Of a stretch of 64,000 nt of DNA, positions 12,870 through 26,620 are shown in pieces. Below the pieces are notes generated by a model, which made no database searches, had not been told where the DNA came from, and saw nothing but the letters and a program-made list of their open reading frames with translations. The stretch is from Phoronis australis (taxonomy: Eukaryota > Animalia > Phoronida). The stretch spans positions 62,001-126,000 of the forward strand of contig NMRA01000438.1 of NCBI GenBank assembly GCA_002633005.1. Direction: 5' to 3'. The position numbers and the translations under genes are program-made. Positions within the stretch are counted from its first letter, which is position 1. Each line of letters opens with the position of its first letter.

Positions 12870-14867
12870 AGGCTTACTGTGGACAATTGGCAGTGAATAT
12901 CATTGACCGAATGTTTTTAGTCATGTGGACTGTGCATTATTGTAACAAAGTGTCACCAAATTAATGTTTTGTCATTTTCAAGCGCTTTACAAAAGCAAGC
13001 ATCTGACAATATTTTGAAAGCGCGTGGGCATTTATCACAATGTCAAGAGGTGCCCGTAAATGGACAAGAGCAATTTGGGTATTAATTGTTAGTTCTAGTT
13101 TAATAAGATTTTACCCATAAGTTTATTTTCAACATTCAGCTAAAATGGTCGCAAGAATCACTCATTGTGGCGTTAGTGCCTGTGTGCGTCACCAACATTA
13201 TGTCTTGTAGCTTATCTTTCAAGCTGGGAACAATGTTAGGGATTCTATGGAATGGTTGGATAAGTGACCGAAACTTAACATTGGTCAGTGAAACATAACT
13301 GTCTTCATCGAATTTTAATTCTAAGTTACTTTTTTATTGAATTTCATTTCCACACGTTGAGCTGTGACACTCAAGGCTTGGAAATTTCCCGTCTTTTGAG
13401 AGGATTTTCTCTTTGGTTTCAATTTTCTCTTACTTCATTTCCAGTTTCCTCCTTTTCTCTCTCATCTCTCTTTGTCTTTCTTTTGACTTCATTCATGCAA
13501 AATTGTTGATTTCAGTTAAATTTTGCAACACAAAAATATTTCTGTCACACAAGCCTTTTTTATTTGTGGAACGATACATCACCTTCAATTTTTTTCTTTT
13601 TGTCATGCTCATTCTAAGCCCTGGACAATATTCGTGGGCTGTTCTTTTTCAATAATCTGTGAAGTTATTGAGATTTCACCAAGTAATGTTGCCCAGTCAC
13701 GTGGTACTGACTATTCTCATGTCTCTGGCAAAATGTTCAAAGCAGGCTTTTGTTACCACAAAACCTATTTATTTATTCTCCAAGTGGAAATCACCATCTA
13801 CTATTAATAGCATGAGAATACGTACCTTCCAGTATGGTCAGATGCTAACTGCGATCCCTGGTGCCATGTGACTAAGGTTTTGGTAAGACGTTCATCACAC
13901 TGTCTCAAAATCCCTCATGGTGAATTTCAGGTTATGTAGGTACTGACACATCTGTAATTAGCATATTCAAAATTATTGGTTGTATCTAAGTAAAAGGGTA
14001 CATTTTCTGAAACTAGAAAGTCTGCTGTTTTAGATTATTTGACTTGTTATCAATCTTTAAAATTTAGCAAAAAGAGTAGGCTGCGTGTGGATGGGACTTT
14101 AGTGGCTTAGAATTTTGCAGGGACAGTTTCAAATCATGGGTGTCATTCGCTCACAATAGGCTTTTGAAATTGACATGCATGGTCAGTGAACTAGCTGTTG
14201 TGTGAACTCTGCTGTTAGTTATACAGCTGTCCCAGTTGCTCTGTGTAAGTAAACACAGCATAAGGGAGGGTTTATGGTCCTGGCTGAGAAGATAATTGTT
14301 TTATTGACCCCTATGGATTCATGAATAGCTGAGCCTGGAATGTTGTGTCCCTCATAATATATGTTATCATCACCCAAAGTAACAAGAAATGATCACTGTT
14401 GGTGTTAGTCAATGTCTGAAGTGTATTATGTCAGTGCCTTGAGTGTTTGTTTTAAGCACAGGGACTTGAATCTTGCGAATATGCCTTGCATAGAAACCGT
14501 TTAAGTGGTGAGACTAGCGAATGTGGATGTTAGATTCCAGTGCCTGTGGTTTGAAAGCCACAAAAAGTATTACATATCAATTGTTAAAATAGCAATATTA
14601 GATTTTATTATGATTTATGTTAACAGTCGTTATTTATCATTACTGTTCATGTACTATAAATAATACATATCTTTTTAATATGCAAAGTGCTCATTTTATT
14701 GTATATTTTACAGCATTCACCAAAGAATAATGATAAGGGTTTCAATATGACACAGGGGAGAAAACTACAAAGCATTTGACAGATTTTCTCTGTGAACTTA
14801 ACATTACATTCGCAAATGACAAAGTGGCATTACAACTTTGTACAAGTCGCATGAACAGCGCCCCCTA

Positions 14868-14936
14868 CATGGGCGGCGCAGCACTGAAATAAGTGGGGGC
14901 TGTAGCCCCCCAGCCCCCTATGGTGCGCCTCCCATG
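14868..14936. mobile_element. ~70 bp GC-rich mini-MITE family B copy 1
   Basis: TIR CATGGGCGGCGCA / TGCGCCTCCCATG with central GGGGCTRTAGCCCC; copies at 28797-28945 (two in tandem) and 48866-48941. Confidence 0.75.
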
Positions 14937-17329
14937 AATGGGGGCCCAAAATGTTTGGCGACAGCAGTTATTAAATCGAGGTTAAATCTGCATTCTTTCT
15001 TCGGTCTTACGTCTGACGTCACAACTTGTAGACCACGGGTACCAGAGAAGCGAAACCTCACGTATTCATTTGGTCTAATTTTTGTCGTAAAAATGTTGCT
15101 AATCTAAGTTTTCACGAGGAATACGTTTCGGCAGCCAAACAGTTCATTCTCAAAAACACTAGTTTTAGTCCACGATGTATCAATTGTAACGAGGGTTGCC
15201 GTGAAATCACCCTGAATGGGTGAGTGCTCTCATAAAAGGGCCATAGTTCAGCGTTCAGTGATCAACTCTCTTTTTGACATTTACGTCGTGAGGCAACTTT
15301 AGCGTGCAATTTACTTAGATCCGGTCAGGTATACCCACGCGTGGAATTTTCAGACGAAAAGCGCATGACATTTAGTATCTTGTGACTTCGGGCATCAAAC
15401 GCATTGCCAAATCGTGAAGCGACCATTTCTCTGTTGCTGTTGGTGGGCTTCATTTCTTCTGCTTTTCTTGCTCGTGAATTGTCTCGTTGCCAAACTATTT
15501 TTGCGCGGCCTCATGAAATGTCGATTTCCACGGCGTATCGTTTGGCAGTTCTAGGTGAGCGGCCTCCGTGGGCGAGATTCTCTCGCCATGTAGTGGTGAC
15601 TGGGTTTCAGGACGACTGCGGTTCTTACACCAGACAGATTTACTCATGAAGTAAAAAGCGTCATGAAACGAGCCCAGTTTCTCGAGTATGCGTGGTTTTC
15701 TTGACGTAGGAAGTTAGGGTTTTTATTTTATGAACCCGTGCAAGAGGTCGCTGACTTTTACAAGGCGGCACTGTGGAACACTCTGCTAAGAACCTCTGCG
15801 CGAAAAATTCACTATTCTCCCTGCAGTAGAACATTGATTAATAAAACACGAAACAAATATCAATCAATGAAAAATGTTGGAAAAAATGATAGAAATAATA
15901 AAGGAAGAATTGGAAAGATAAAATGAAAGACAAACGCACAAAAATTGTGTTCTAAACAGGGGATGAATGAAAAATGAGAAAATAGCAATGCAGGAACAGT
16001 AAGAATTTGAAAACATATGACGACGGCATTTGCAGAAAATCTTAGTAAATGGCCGATAGATGTCACGACGTTCGCGTGCACAGCTGTGTGACCTGGCTGA
16101 CCAGTGGCCTTTGGTATTTTCCATCTCGGTCAGATGTTTTGATTTTTTTCAATTCTTCAGACATACTAACACCAGCCTTTTGAAGTGGAATGAAATTACA
16201 AGTAATTGAGTAGTAGCGGATTTTAACTGCACGCGGCCGCGTCGGCGTACCCGGTGGCCGGTGCGCCTTATTATCATCGGCTGCAGTTCCTCCAATACGC
16301 ATGTACCAGCTAACGGTTGTTAAAGTTGATTTTTGCAAACCTCGCACATGAGGAATGCCGAGAAATCCGCCTATCTGAAAACGGATACACAATGCCTTGA
16401 TTCAAATCAATAAACAAGGCGGTTTGAGGTTCAGACAAAGCAACTCTGCGTCACAACGCGAAGGAACGTAAACCACTGGGTGTCTCGCCATTTCCATTGT
16501 AGTGATTCTCCGTTCCTGCCCACGCAGTATATGGGTCAATGCCACGCTCCGACACGTCGACTTTCAAATTTCATCGATATATTTAATCCGTAAACGCCAA
16601 AGATCAGTGACGGTAACTATAATATCTTTGGTAACGCTGTCCTGAAGTTGGTTTCCGAATGTTGTACTAAGACGCCATTGATGAAACACAAATCGGTTCA
16701 TCGTGCTCCCTCCCATGCCATTTCCTAACACGACCTTGACTCTTATCGCATTAGACTGCGTCAATAATATCTTCATCATTATTCCATGAACGTAGACTTC
16801 TTTTTCAGAATTACATCGAAAACTGACCCGCTACATCTTTAAAATTTAGGGTAATAGCACGCAGGGCACGTTAACATCGATCGGGGTCGTTGACTTATTC
16901 TAAGAGTCTAGACGAAGCGAGACCCTGATGGCAACAACAAATAAATCATCCTGTCTGTACATTAAACTAGATTCTCGTTTAGGCAGGGCTTCTGAAATGC
17001 ATAACATAATTGAATTTCAGAGGTAACAATCCGCGATGTACACGTAGTCTCTTCACGGATACGTTTCAGTAAGCAATAATAACCATCATCAGAAGTAATA
17101 TTTATACACAAGAAATGCAAACAATCCCAGTGCATGGTGTTCATTGTCAAAACAATTGAGAAGAAATACAAAACAATCCTCAGTCATTGTCGTGGCGTTT
17201 CGATCACAGTAAAAACCATGTGTGTACCGGCAAGTCCGTATCTATAGAATACTCCTGATGGCTCTTCCAGTCTGGAACAACAAAGGCACAGTCTATGCGT
17301 GACGTGTCTCGCTCATGATATCCCTTTAA

Positions 17330-17658
17330 AAGGCGACATTATAGGCAAGAAGAGCGATTTTGTGGGATCCACTCCAGCGCAGAATCGAACCTGCAACCCC
17401 CCGTGTTCGTCTTTAGTAATGGAGCTAAAACCCAGAATACCAGAGTACATGTATTTCAAGCGTATTCAACTGGTAAACTCTTCGGCTTTAATTTCAGAGA
17501 AGTCTGGCAGACAATGACGACAATTGGCGCTTTGTACTAAAATCAAGAGATTTGGTTGCTTTGTAGCTTTGGTCAAAGCTAATAACTTCAAGAAATGTAT
17601 CCCATTCAACGGTAGTCCCCCAAAATGCGGTTTTCGGCCGTAGAACCGATAATATCCT
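17330..17658. mobile_element. Possible Kolobok-like non-autonomous element
   Basis: TTAA on both sides; degenerate TIR AGGCGACATTATAGG versus reverse complement AGGATATTATCGG. Confidence 0.3.
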
Positions 17659-19471
17659 TTTAACAACTAATTTTGGCAATTTTTTTCCAAATGGTGCAGT
17701 AACTTTCAGATAAAAATGTGCATAATTGATTTTGGCGCGGTATCACGTGCGTGACGTGAAAATGTAACCATGACAACACGATTTCCTGGTTTCACGATAA
17801 AACCGAAAGTGTATAGGCCATAATATGGTCGAAATTAGTGACTTGCTATATAACTCGTGAAATAAAACGGCAAGTTTTCGATAAATAAAAGCTTTTCAGC
17901 TTCTAATTGGAATTATGGCAAAAATACACGAAAACCGAGCCACCCTTGCCAACAAAATGTCAGAAAAGTATGCAACTTAAGCAACTCCAATTCAGGTCAA
18001 GTAGAAATCGCAAACGTCTGAATCAGGTCACCTACAACAAAGCACATTGATATCGTAAGCACCATCACCTCCATAATCATCATCATTTTTTTAAGTTTGC
18101 AGTGTCACTCAACTAAACCTTGTCAGTGACAGCTTTAATTACAAAACAACACAAGACATTTTAGTATCTTAAAAGACATCAAAACTACACACATTTCAAA
18201 TATAGAGGAAATAATCATAAAACTATGCAGATGAATATTTTACGACACGTGCATACAAAAAGTGAGACTAATAAAAATAGCACAGTAAAAATGTATAAAC
18301 ACTAAAATAAATATTTAAGAATATATTAGTTAAAACTGAGGAATGCATAAAAAGACTATAGAGTAATCGTAAGCATATTAAATCAAATTATACTGTTTGT
18401 AATAAGAGGTATTGAATGCTTTGCTTTTTAAGGGCCTTTCATACTAACGTCGACGTATCGATGTTTTGGGGAGTTGCGGTCAGTATGAACGCTTAACTTC
18501 GTTCCTGGATCGAAGTTAACAGCGCCAGTTAACTGCGCACTGAACAGGTGGATTTAAGAGAGGAGAGTCGACGCTGCGGTGTAGTATGAACGGTCAAACT
18601 CGGTCCTATCGAAGTTATCGCCAGGTGCCACTGTTATCGTCGCTAATAGTTGCTTATATTCTGCTCCAATAATCACCAATAGATTTAAAAATAATCTGGC
18701 TTTTATTTTCTTCCTGAATAGGTAATTTGAATCGTTCAAACGTCTCTTTCATGAAAAATGATTTAAGACTCAAGACAGAAACTTTGATCTCACGCGCCAC
18801 ACAACTATTTGGGAAAATATTTCGACTGAACTCACCTGAGAAAAATTGTAGGCTCTGATAATATAGACATAAACTGCTAGTTACAGAGAAAATTCCTGTA
18901 TATTATTTCTAGACTGTCTTCGTGTGGGGCAAAATTTTTCACAGTGCATGGTAAGTGTCTGTGAAAATAGTTTGTTTCGCATCCCGCATTAGACTGCTTC
19001 TCCGCCAGCCTGCGGTGAACTGGCGAATATAAATTCTCGTGACTACTCGTTCATAACTGAAAATGATATCAGAAATTGTAATCAACTACTGTGTATACTG
19101 ACATTGTGCCAAAACAGGCGTATTTTCGATACAAAATTCGTCCATTTCTGTGTTACGTTATCGTGTACATTTAACGTACATAATCACGTTGTACGGAATT
19201 ATTGCAATAAACGAGTCATACATGTATTTATAACTGAAAAAATCTGTTGTCAAATATTAAATGAAACATTTTGAATTCCACGAACCTTTTGCAGTCGGCC
19301 GCGTGAGGGGAGACAGAGCTTGAAATTGGATTTTAATTTACATCTAACTGTATTTTACCAAATAATGTAATGAATAATGTTTGAAACCTGTCACAGTTTC
19401 ATCAACACCAAGTCACATGCCATCTGCCTATGGCGGGAAAAGGTGCAGCTAAGGACCATATATACCAAATG

Positions 19472-19627
19472 CAGTGCTGTAGTGGGGCGTAGGCGCACGT
19501 AGGCGCAGCCAACCCCCTTTTGGCATTTGAACGTAGCGCCTACGCACCATAAGTTACGTTCAGTACTCGAGGTGATAGGGTGGTCTTTGGGCGTGTACTT
19601 ACCTCTAATTTTACCACTACAGCACTG
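19472..19627. mobile_element. hAT-like MITE
   Basis: Perfect 14 bp TIR CAGTGCTGTAGTGG / CCACTACAGCACTG; degenerate 8 bp TSD ACCAAATG / ACCAATTA; subterminal CGTAGGCGC motifs. Confidence 0.75.
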
Positions 19628-20078
19628 ACCAATTAAATGTTGTACAAGGCTACCCGTCTGTACTCTAACGGTAACAACGTAAACAACAAATGTGGAAACC
19701 AGTTACCGCGTTTCAGATCGTTGACCCGATATTTCGCGATAACCTACTTTCGTAACGCTACATGCACTTTAAAATAATGAAGTGACGCATCCTCCGACAT
19801 GACGACCTTGAAAGTATTCTGCAGTCGATTCAAGTAGTTACTCGGTAAATTTGAAGAAGTAAAGCGACACTTGCAGATTCATCGCGGCAAATCCATGGAG
19901 TTACTGTGTCAGACATGACACGGTACTGTATGACAAATTCTGGAAGCGAAGATCGGGAAAATCTTTTTGTTTCTCCAATATTTGGATGATGGAATCAATT
20001 GGCATTTTTCCAGTTTTTATCATACAATAAACCCATTCATATTAAAGCGTTCCCGATTTGTTTTCTTTTTATTTAACA

Positions 20079-20815
20079 AATACATACACAAAACGTACCG
20101 AGAGTGGCGTACATGAAGTAATATCCCACGAGGTTGATACGCGGAATAAGGTCGAGTGGGACATTACTTCATGTACGCCAATCGATGTACGTTTTGTATT
20201 TATCCCATACGCTTCGAATTCCTAAGTTTCTTATATTTTTTCGACAGATTTTTTAAAATACTTCACCCAGACTGTTCACATGGAGGATCACATCCTATAT
20301 GTGTGTATACTTGCGCGGTAGGTTGCAAGTTTTCTCTTGTAAAAGAAACAGTTTAAAAAGTAACGATTTATTTCTTGAAAAGGGATAACAAAGATGAAAA
20401 CAACGGCAACTCTGCAGTGAACTTGTAAAATCTCCTGGAAATAGTTAAAAACAACATTTGATACTGTACTTTCCCAGGAATCGGCGCCTGAGTTGCAGAC
20501 GATATAGTATTCAGCAATTCAAAACTGAGACATAACATATAATTAACAGTTTTGTTCCAGATTTTACGTTTAGGGCCTGGTTGCATGGCAAGTGTTAGTT
20601 ACATTGTTGCATTGTTGCAACTGTATTACTTTAAACTAAATTCGGAAAGTTTGAGTATCGAACCGGCTGAAGACGTCGAGTCGACATATGACCTACCCTT
20701 TGAAATTTCCATGTAAGAGGTCACTGTTGAAGTACTGCGGGGGGGGGGGTGAATACGGAAAACTTTATTACATGGCCGTATTTCACTCGACAGATTCAAC
20801 GCGTATGGGATAAAA
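20079..20815 (+). mobile_element. ~740 bp interspersed element with a 5' hairpin and an internal complementary region, copy 1
   Basis: Colinear, high similarity to 38013-38783 over the full length. Confidence 0.85.
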
Positions 20816-20886
20816 CACAGCCATTAGGCTTTTGTAAGGCTGCACAAAACACGCACACACACGCTTGTAAGGAAAGAAACCCATAA

Positions 20887-21222
20887 CGCATGCATACATA
20901 CATGCACACATGCATACATACATACATACATGCACACATGCATACATGCATACATACATACATACATACTTGCGCGCATGCATACATACATACACACATA
21001 CATACATACATACATACATGCACACATGCATACATACATACACACATACATATAGAACTAAATAAAGTACATTTAAATAATATTAATTATACTCATATAC
21101 ACATGCACAACCACACACAAACACACGCGCGCACGCCTCCCGCACACACACACACGGAAACACACACACGCACGCGCGCACACACACGCGCGCACGTGCG
21201 CACACACACATACACACGCACA
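20887..21222. repeat. Compound microsatellite (TACA/TGCA)n followed by (CA/CG)n
   Basis: Directly visible; explains the MYVC/HT-repeat ORFs. Confidence 0.97.
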
Positions 21223-23901
21223 CGTTATCGGGGGGAGCCCTGGTCGGGAATCGCGGTTCTAGTCCTATTTCTCTGGAATTACACATCTTGTCACTGATAT
21301 CAGACGTAAAGTAAATCCCAATGCGTGAACCCTTCACCTCCAAAATAAGCATACGTCAGTAAAGACACAGCTCCGCACCGTGCCATACTTCAATGGCCCC
21401 CGAAGGCAATCTTTTGAGCCTGAAGTACACAGGCAGCCATGTTTTTGTCGCTGTCCTACGCACAAGATGTTAGGTGTCCTCTTTGTGTCGCATGACAGTG
21501 ACCAGCACAGGCTGCTTTTACGGCTTTTCGTCGTCTGCTCCAAGAAAATCCAGACGTCCTTTATCGCGAGTAATAAAAACTTCTCTTTGTTAGCTTTTCT
21601 TAAAATCCCAAAAGGAAAGTAGGCAAATATACAAAAACATTTTGTTTACAAGCGAACAGCTATTTACGTCGTAGAAAGACCGTACATGTACTGTGATTGC
21701 AATGGTGACATCTTCACCGACGTCAAGACGTGGAAACAATCGGATTCCGTCTACACGATCTCGATGACGTCAACTTTTGTAGGTGACCGTGCACCCGCCA
21801 TCACCTGGCACTGAAAAGATTCAGTTCGAGTTTTGTTCCATTTCATTGACCTTCAACAAAAAGAACGAGAAGCTTCGTCGCGTATGCCATCATCATTCAT
21901 CCAGTCGAGAGGCGAATGATCGCACTCGAGCAGAACACAGCGTACGGACGGTAGTCCGGCACAGCGTTCGTCGATTTCTGCACGACGTTATCAGGTACAT
22001 TACAAAATATGAACGATCTTTACGTATGTGTACGATAACGTCCCGTACGGAAATCCATGAATACTGCACCGAATGAGCATACAACGATTCTACCTTGATT
22101 TCCTGCACACAACACGATAAAAGTATAATAAAATAAAATAACTCCCTTGACAGCAGATTACACGAATACATCCATACTTAAATAAGAAAATTTTACGACA
22201 CCTGTGAGCTGTATTCGATTGACCATTCAAGTTTCTTGGGAGAAAGTAAGACCACGGGAAATCACACGAGTATTAGAGTAGTGTTCAGTCCGTCGCGAGC
22301 CAGAAAGCTCGATCAGACATGGCCACCAGTGAAATGATTGGGCGTCAAGGATAGAACTATATGGGTGTAAGGCTGTAAGCAAACGTTCTATAAGCCAAGA
22401 TTTCTTGCCCCAAGTGTGGAGCGATTGTCTGGTGTCTACGAAACACGCCCCAGGATCGTAACCCTGTGAAAATCCTGGGGCAACACTACTTTGGGAAATA
22501 TAATAAAGCTTACCTAAACTTTCATTAGCAGCAACGACAAAAAATTACAAAGAGACAACTCCTGCGCTAACATTTGGGGTGTTGTTACCCCATTGCCTAA
22601 GCGAGCCAAGCGTTCTAATCGATTCACAAATTAAATGCTCGTGGCTTAGCCGCGGTGCTGAAGAAAAGCTAATCGCTAAATTTCACTTATAGTACATCGA
22701 TTTTAAAAATTCAAATACGGTACTATTTACTTTCAAATTTCAAAAACAGTCAGGTTGGTCGCTTGCCTTACCTATTGTAGGTTTTTGACTTGATACCGTG
22801 AATAATTCGCTTACAAGGAAAACACGCGTATCTTTAGATATGCGCGAATTTTCACCGCTGCTCCTTCGTCCTTCTTAGCGGCTGTTACTTGGATCTGAGC
22901 TTGGATCAAAGAGAGCGCGGTGCCAGAGTCGGACGCAGTCGTGATGCCCGCATTGTCCAGTGCGAGCAAGACCCATAAACTGTAGTAACCACTCTCTGCC
23001 TGTACACAATCACTGGCGACTTTTCAAAATGCATAAACCAGTAAAATAACGGCGGTATTCAGTTGGAAAACAACACAGTATGATTTACGATTTTTAAATA
23101 TCGACGAACTTATAAGCTTAAAAGTACAGACATTGGTCTGCGCGTATGGATATAATCGGAGGATTTACAAACGCTGATCATGCAGTAACAATAACACATG
23201 GTCTATTTTACTAGTACACAACTAAACTACATTACGACAAATAGAAACAACACACAGTGACCAAATAAGATGTCAAAAACGAGTTTTAAGATAACGCTTA
23301 TCGCCCAGTCGTATGGAACTACTTTATTCGAGGAGCAGCACGCTAACTGGAAAACTGTGATATTGTGTGTAGATATTCAGTAATCACCGGTGGTGACGAA
23401 ACACGTGTTGTGAAGACTAACTAAGGGCTAGCTTCAAAGTCAATGAGAAAATCCCAGGTGGGTAGGTGAGAGAGAGCTGGCTTCTAAGTTTCACTGACCA
23501 TCCGAATCTGCAAACAAAGTAGACTGGAGTCTTAAAAATAAAATGAACATAACAGTTATGAAACACATTTAAAACCAACGATCGTTTGGGAGATGGCCCT
23601 TTCTCAAGATGAACCTAAATTACCGGAGTTTTTGTTATTTTATAAAAAATGCCATCAAATCCGTACTTTCGACATTTCGGGTTATTTCCTGGACAAAGGA
23701 AAGTTCTATCGCCGGCGGGACCGACCTATTCGCTGTATACTCTGGATTTAACAGTCCACGGTTTCTCGTCCACTTGCGTGCAAATAGTGTTACCGTAAGA
23801 TTTTTCTAATGCCTAAAAATTGACAACCAGGGAAAGAAACGTCTATGAAGTGGCGGCGGCACACGAAGCACACGCGACTGTAGGCCTGACCTACACGCCA
23901 T

Positions 23902-24545
23902 CACAGGCGTCCTCAGCTTCTGATCGTCTCCAATACACTACATATATTACTACAATGTATGACACTCGGGACTAGAAATTCCACGGTGCTTCAATTCATC
24001 CGTCCAAACACATAACTTAATAAATTTACACAAAACAAGGGTTCAACAAACCATGAGCAATTTTTCTTTCCTATAAACCATTCACGGTGTCCTGCTCCGA
24101 AGAGTTCGCAAGAAATTCGCTATCAAAGCACAAAAATGTTCCCAAAAAACCCAAACACACCTCGCACTTTGACGGTTCGGGGTCAAGGACGGTACGGAAA
24201 TTACCGATGAGTTACGGATGGACGGATAAGTGTAGATCGTAACTTTTCGCGACAAACCGTTAATTTCCGTACTGTCCTTGACCTCGAACCGTCAAAGTGC
24301 GAGGTGTGTTTGGGCTTTTTGGAACATTTTTGTACTTTGACTGCGAATTTCTTTCGAACTCGCTGGAGCAGAAGAAAGAACAATTACTCATGGTTTATTG
24401 TACTGTTTTGTGTAAATGTATTGTGTTATGTGTTTGATATGGACGGCTGAATCGAAGCACCCGTGTAATTTCTAGTCCCGAATGTCATACCTTGTAGTAT
24501 TGTATGTAGTGTATTGAGGACGATCAGAAGCTGAGGACGCCTGTG
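23902..24545. mobile_element. Foldback-type element with ~300 bp inverted arms and an 8 bp TSD
   Basis: Ends CACAGGCGTCCTCAGCTTCTGATCGTC / GACGATCAGAAGCTGAGGACGCCTGTG; arms align inward to ~24205/24258; CACGCCAT at 23894-23901 and 24546-24553. Confidence 0.92.
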
Positions 24546-25596
24546 CACGCCATTAGAGCTTAGCCTCGTTCCGGCCTCCATCGCGCAGTTGCCTTCGTGC
24601 ACGCCGAAAATAATCAAGTCCTGTCTGTATTGTTTTCCTAGTGAAAAATCACCCGCGTTAATTGTACAGGATACATAAAACGGTGTTATTATTTTATTAT
24701 TCTGTAGATTAATACATATTTCAAATATAGAAGTTGCGTAATCGAGTACAAGTGCAGTGTCTGTAGGATAATATCAGAGGCGCTGAACAGTTCGTACTAG
24801 CGAAGTATACACCATACTAATTTGTTCTCCAATAATTTACATACTAATAAAATTGCCATGGTAAGGAAAAAAGGCAATTCATGTTTTAATCAACGTCACT
24901 GAAGGTCTCGTATCTCTTTTTGTATGCTGTCATTGCGCCGGTTTGCGTGTCTGTCTCTAACATACTTCAACCATACATTGAATAATTACCCTTTCTAAGA
25001 TCATTTAAAGGCACGNAAACAAAACAAACACTAAACTAAGTAAAGCTACGTAATATGTTTTTAAATTATCTGAGTATTTAAATCTCTTTCTCCCCCTCCT
25101 TCTCTCCCTCTCCCCTCCCCCCATTTCTCCATCTCCCTTTCTATGTATAGTTTTTAAAATTCTTATCTAATATACAGAGAACAAAAATATAAAAATGGCA
25201 ATGTTAGGTTTTCCAAATGCAAAGGTATGCTAAAAATATACGATTCGTACTTTGACTTGAAAAAAATAGTTTACAGTAATCCCGTTATCTGCATAAAATA
25301 GAAAATCGTCCAATAACATTTTATTTTATTTTATTGTGATTCAAGTGGTATTCATTAAAGGTGAAAGCTGCCAACGTTGCAGGACGGCCATCTTGTTAGA
25401 GTATGAACCGTGCAAGCCAGTCACAAATCTCTGGTTTCCATGATAGATTTCGCGTACACAAGACTTGGAAGAAAATAGTCTTCGTGTTGACACTCATATG
25501 ACATATTTTTTTTTAAAATGGTACACTTTCGTAACTGCAAAATCTGCTGACAACAACTGGCTCTATACTTGAAAATCCTCATCAGGTCTACTGTTG

Positions 25597-26620
25597 TATC
25601 TTACAACTAAACTCAGGAAATTTCTTTTTAATCCTTTTGCGCTTGCATTGCACTTGCAAACACAATGGCAATGCAACACCTTAAAGCCAATGAAAACCTC
25701 GTTTTGGAGTAAAAAACACCAACATTCATCACAAGGGAATTTATTCTTACAAAGCATCGTCACCGCGTTCTTAACATTTATTTGAATTGAAGTCGGTTAC
25801 ATAAAATCTGTAGCAAGGGGGTCATTTTAATGTGTGGAACAGAGTGTTACGGACCGCGCAAGCCGTTGTGCTAAAAACTCTTGGCTCAATTTTGATGAGA
25901 TATCATGCTTCTTTTTGCATTCTTTCCAGTGACACTACTTTCGAGATAACGGAACAGGAAATGGATTCCACTCTTACGACATCAATTGAAGTATCCTGGT
26001 AATAAAGATCAGCGTATTTTTGTTTTATGCGTTCCCGTTTGTCAGTATTTTACATTTAACATACCAAGGTCCATTATTCGCTTACAGCCACGCTGGTTTG
26101 TTTACAGTCAGCTTGCACACAACAATAACGGCACCAGTGCGCACCGGTAAGGGCTGCGTGATTTCACGGCTATTTAAAGTAGAACGTCCGATCGCGCTCT
26201 CTATGGGTGATAGGGTCTGCTTTGTTATCCAGTCACAAACTTTTGGTTTCCATGTTATATTTCGCATATGCAATTCTCTCCAAAAAGACGTCTTCATGTG
26301 GACACTCAGAAAATATAGCACATCTTGTAAAAATGACAGTCACATTTTCGTAGAGCTCTGCATAATCTCGGGACAACAATTGGCTCCGTGCCTGAGAATA
26401 CTTAAGTAGGTCAACTACTTTATCTCACCACTGAACTCAGGAAAGTTCTTTTTAACCGTTTTTGCGCTTGCAAACATAATGACAATGCATTACCTGTAAA
26501 GTCAGTGAAAACCACGTTTGGTTTTAAAAACCTCAGCATTCATCACAGGGGTATTTGTTCATTCAAATCATCGTCATCGCGTTTTTAACCTTTATTTGAA
26601 TTAAAGTTGGTTTCATAAAA
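25597..26620 (+). repeat. Diverged direct repeat pair of ~200 bp (about 25597-25806 and 26421-26620)
   Basis: Shared AACTCAGGAAA..TTTTGCGCTTGCA..CATTCATCACA..CATCGTCA..TTTATTTGAATT..CATAAAA. Confidence 0.75.

Noticed and set aside
16063-16392. 109 aa - strand ORF with an acceptor-like site
   Set aside because: No recognisable domain or linked exon; sits in repeat-like sequence
20783-21352. MYVC- and HT-repeat ORFs
   Set aside because: Translations of a microsatellite
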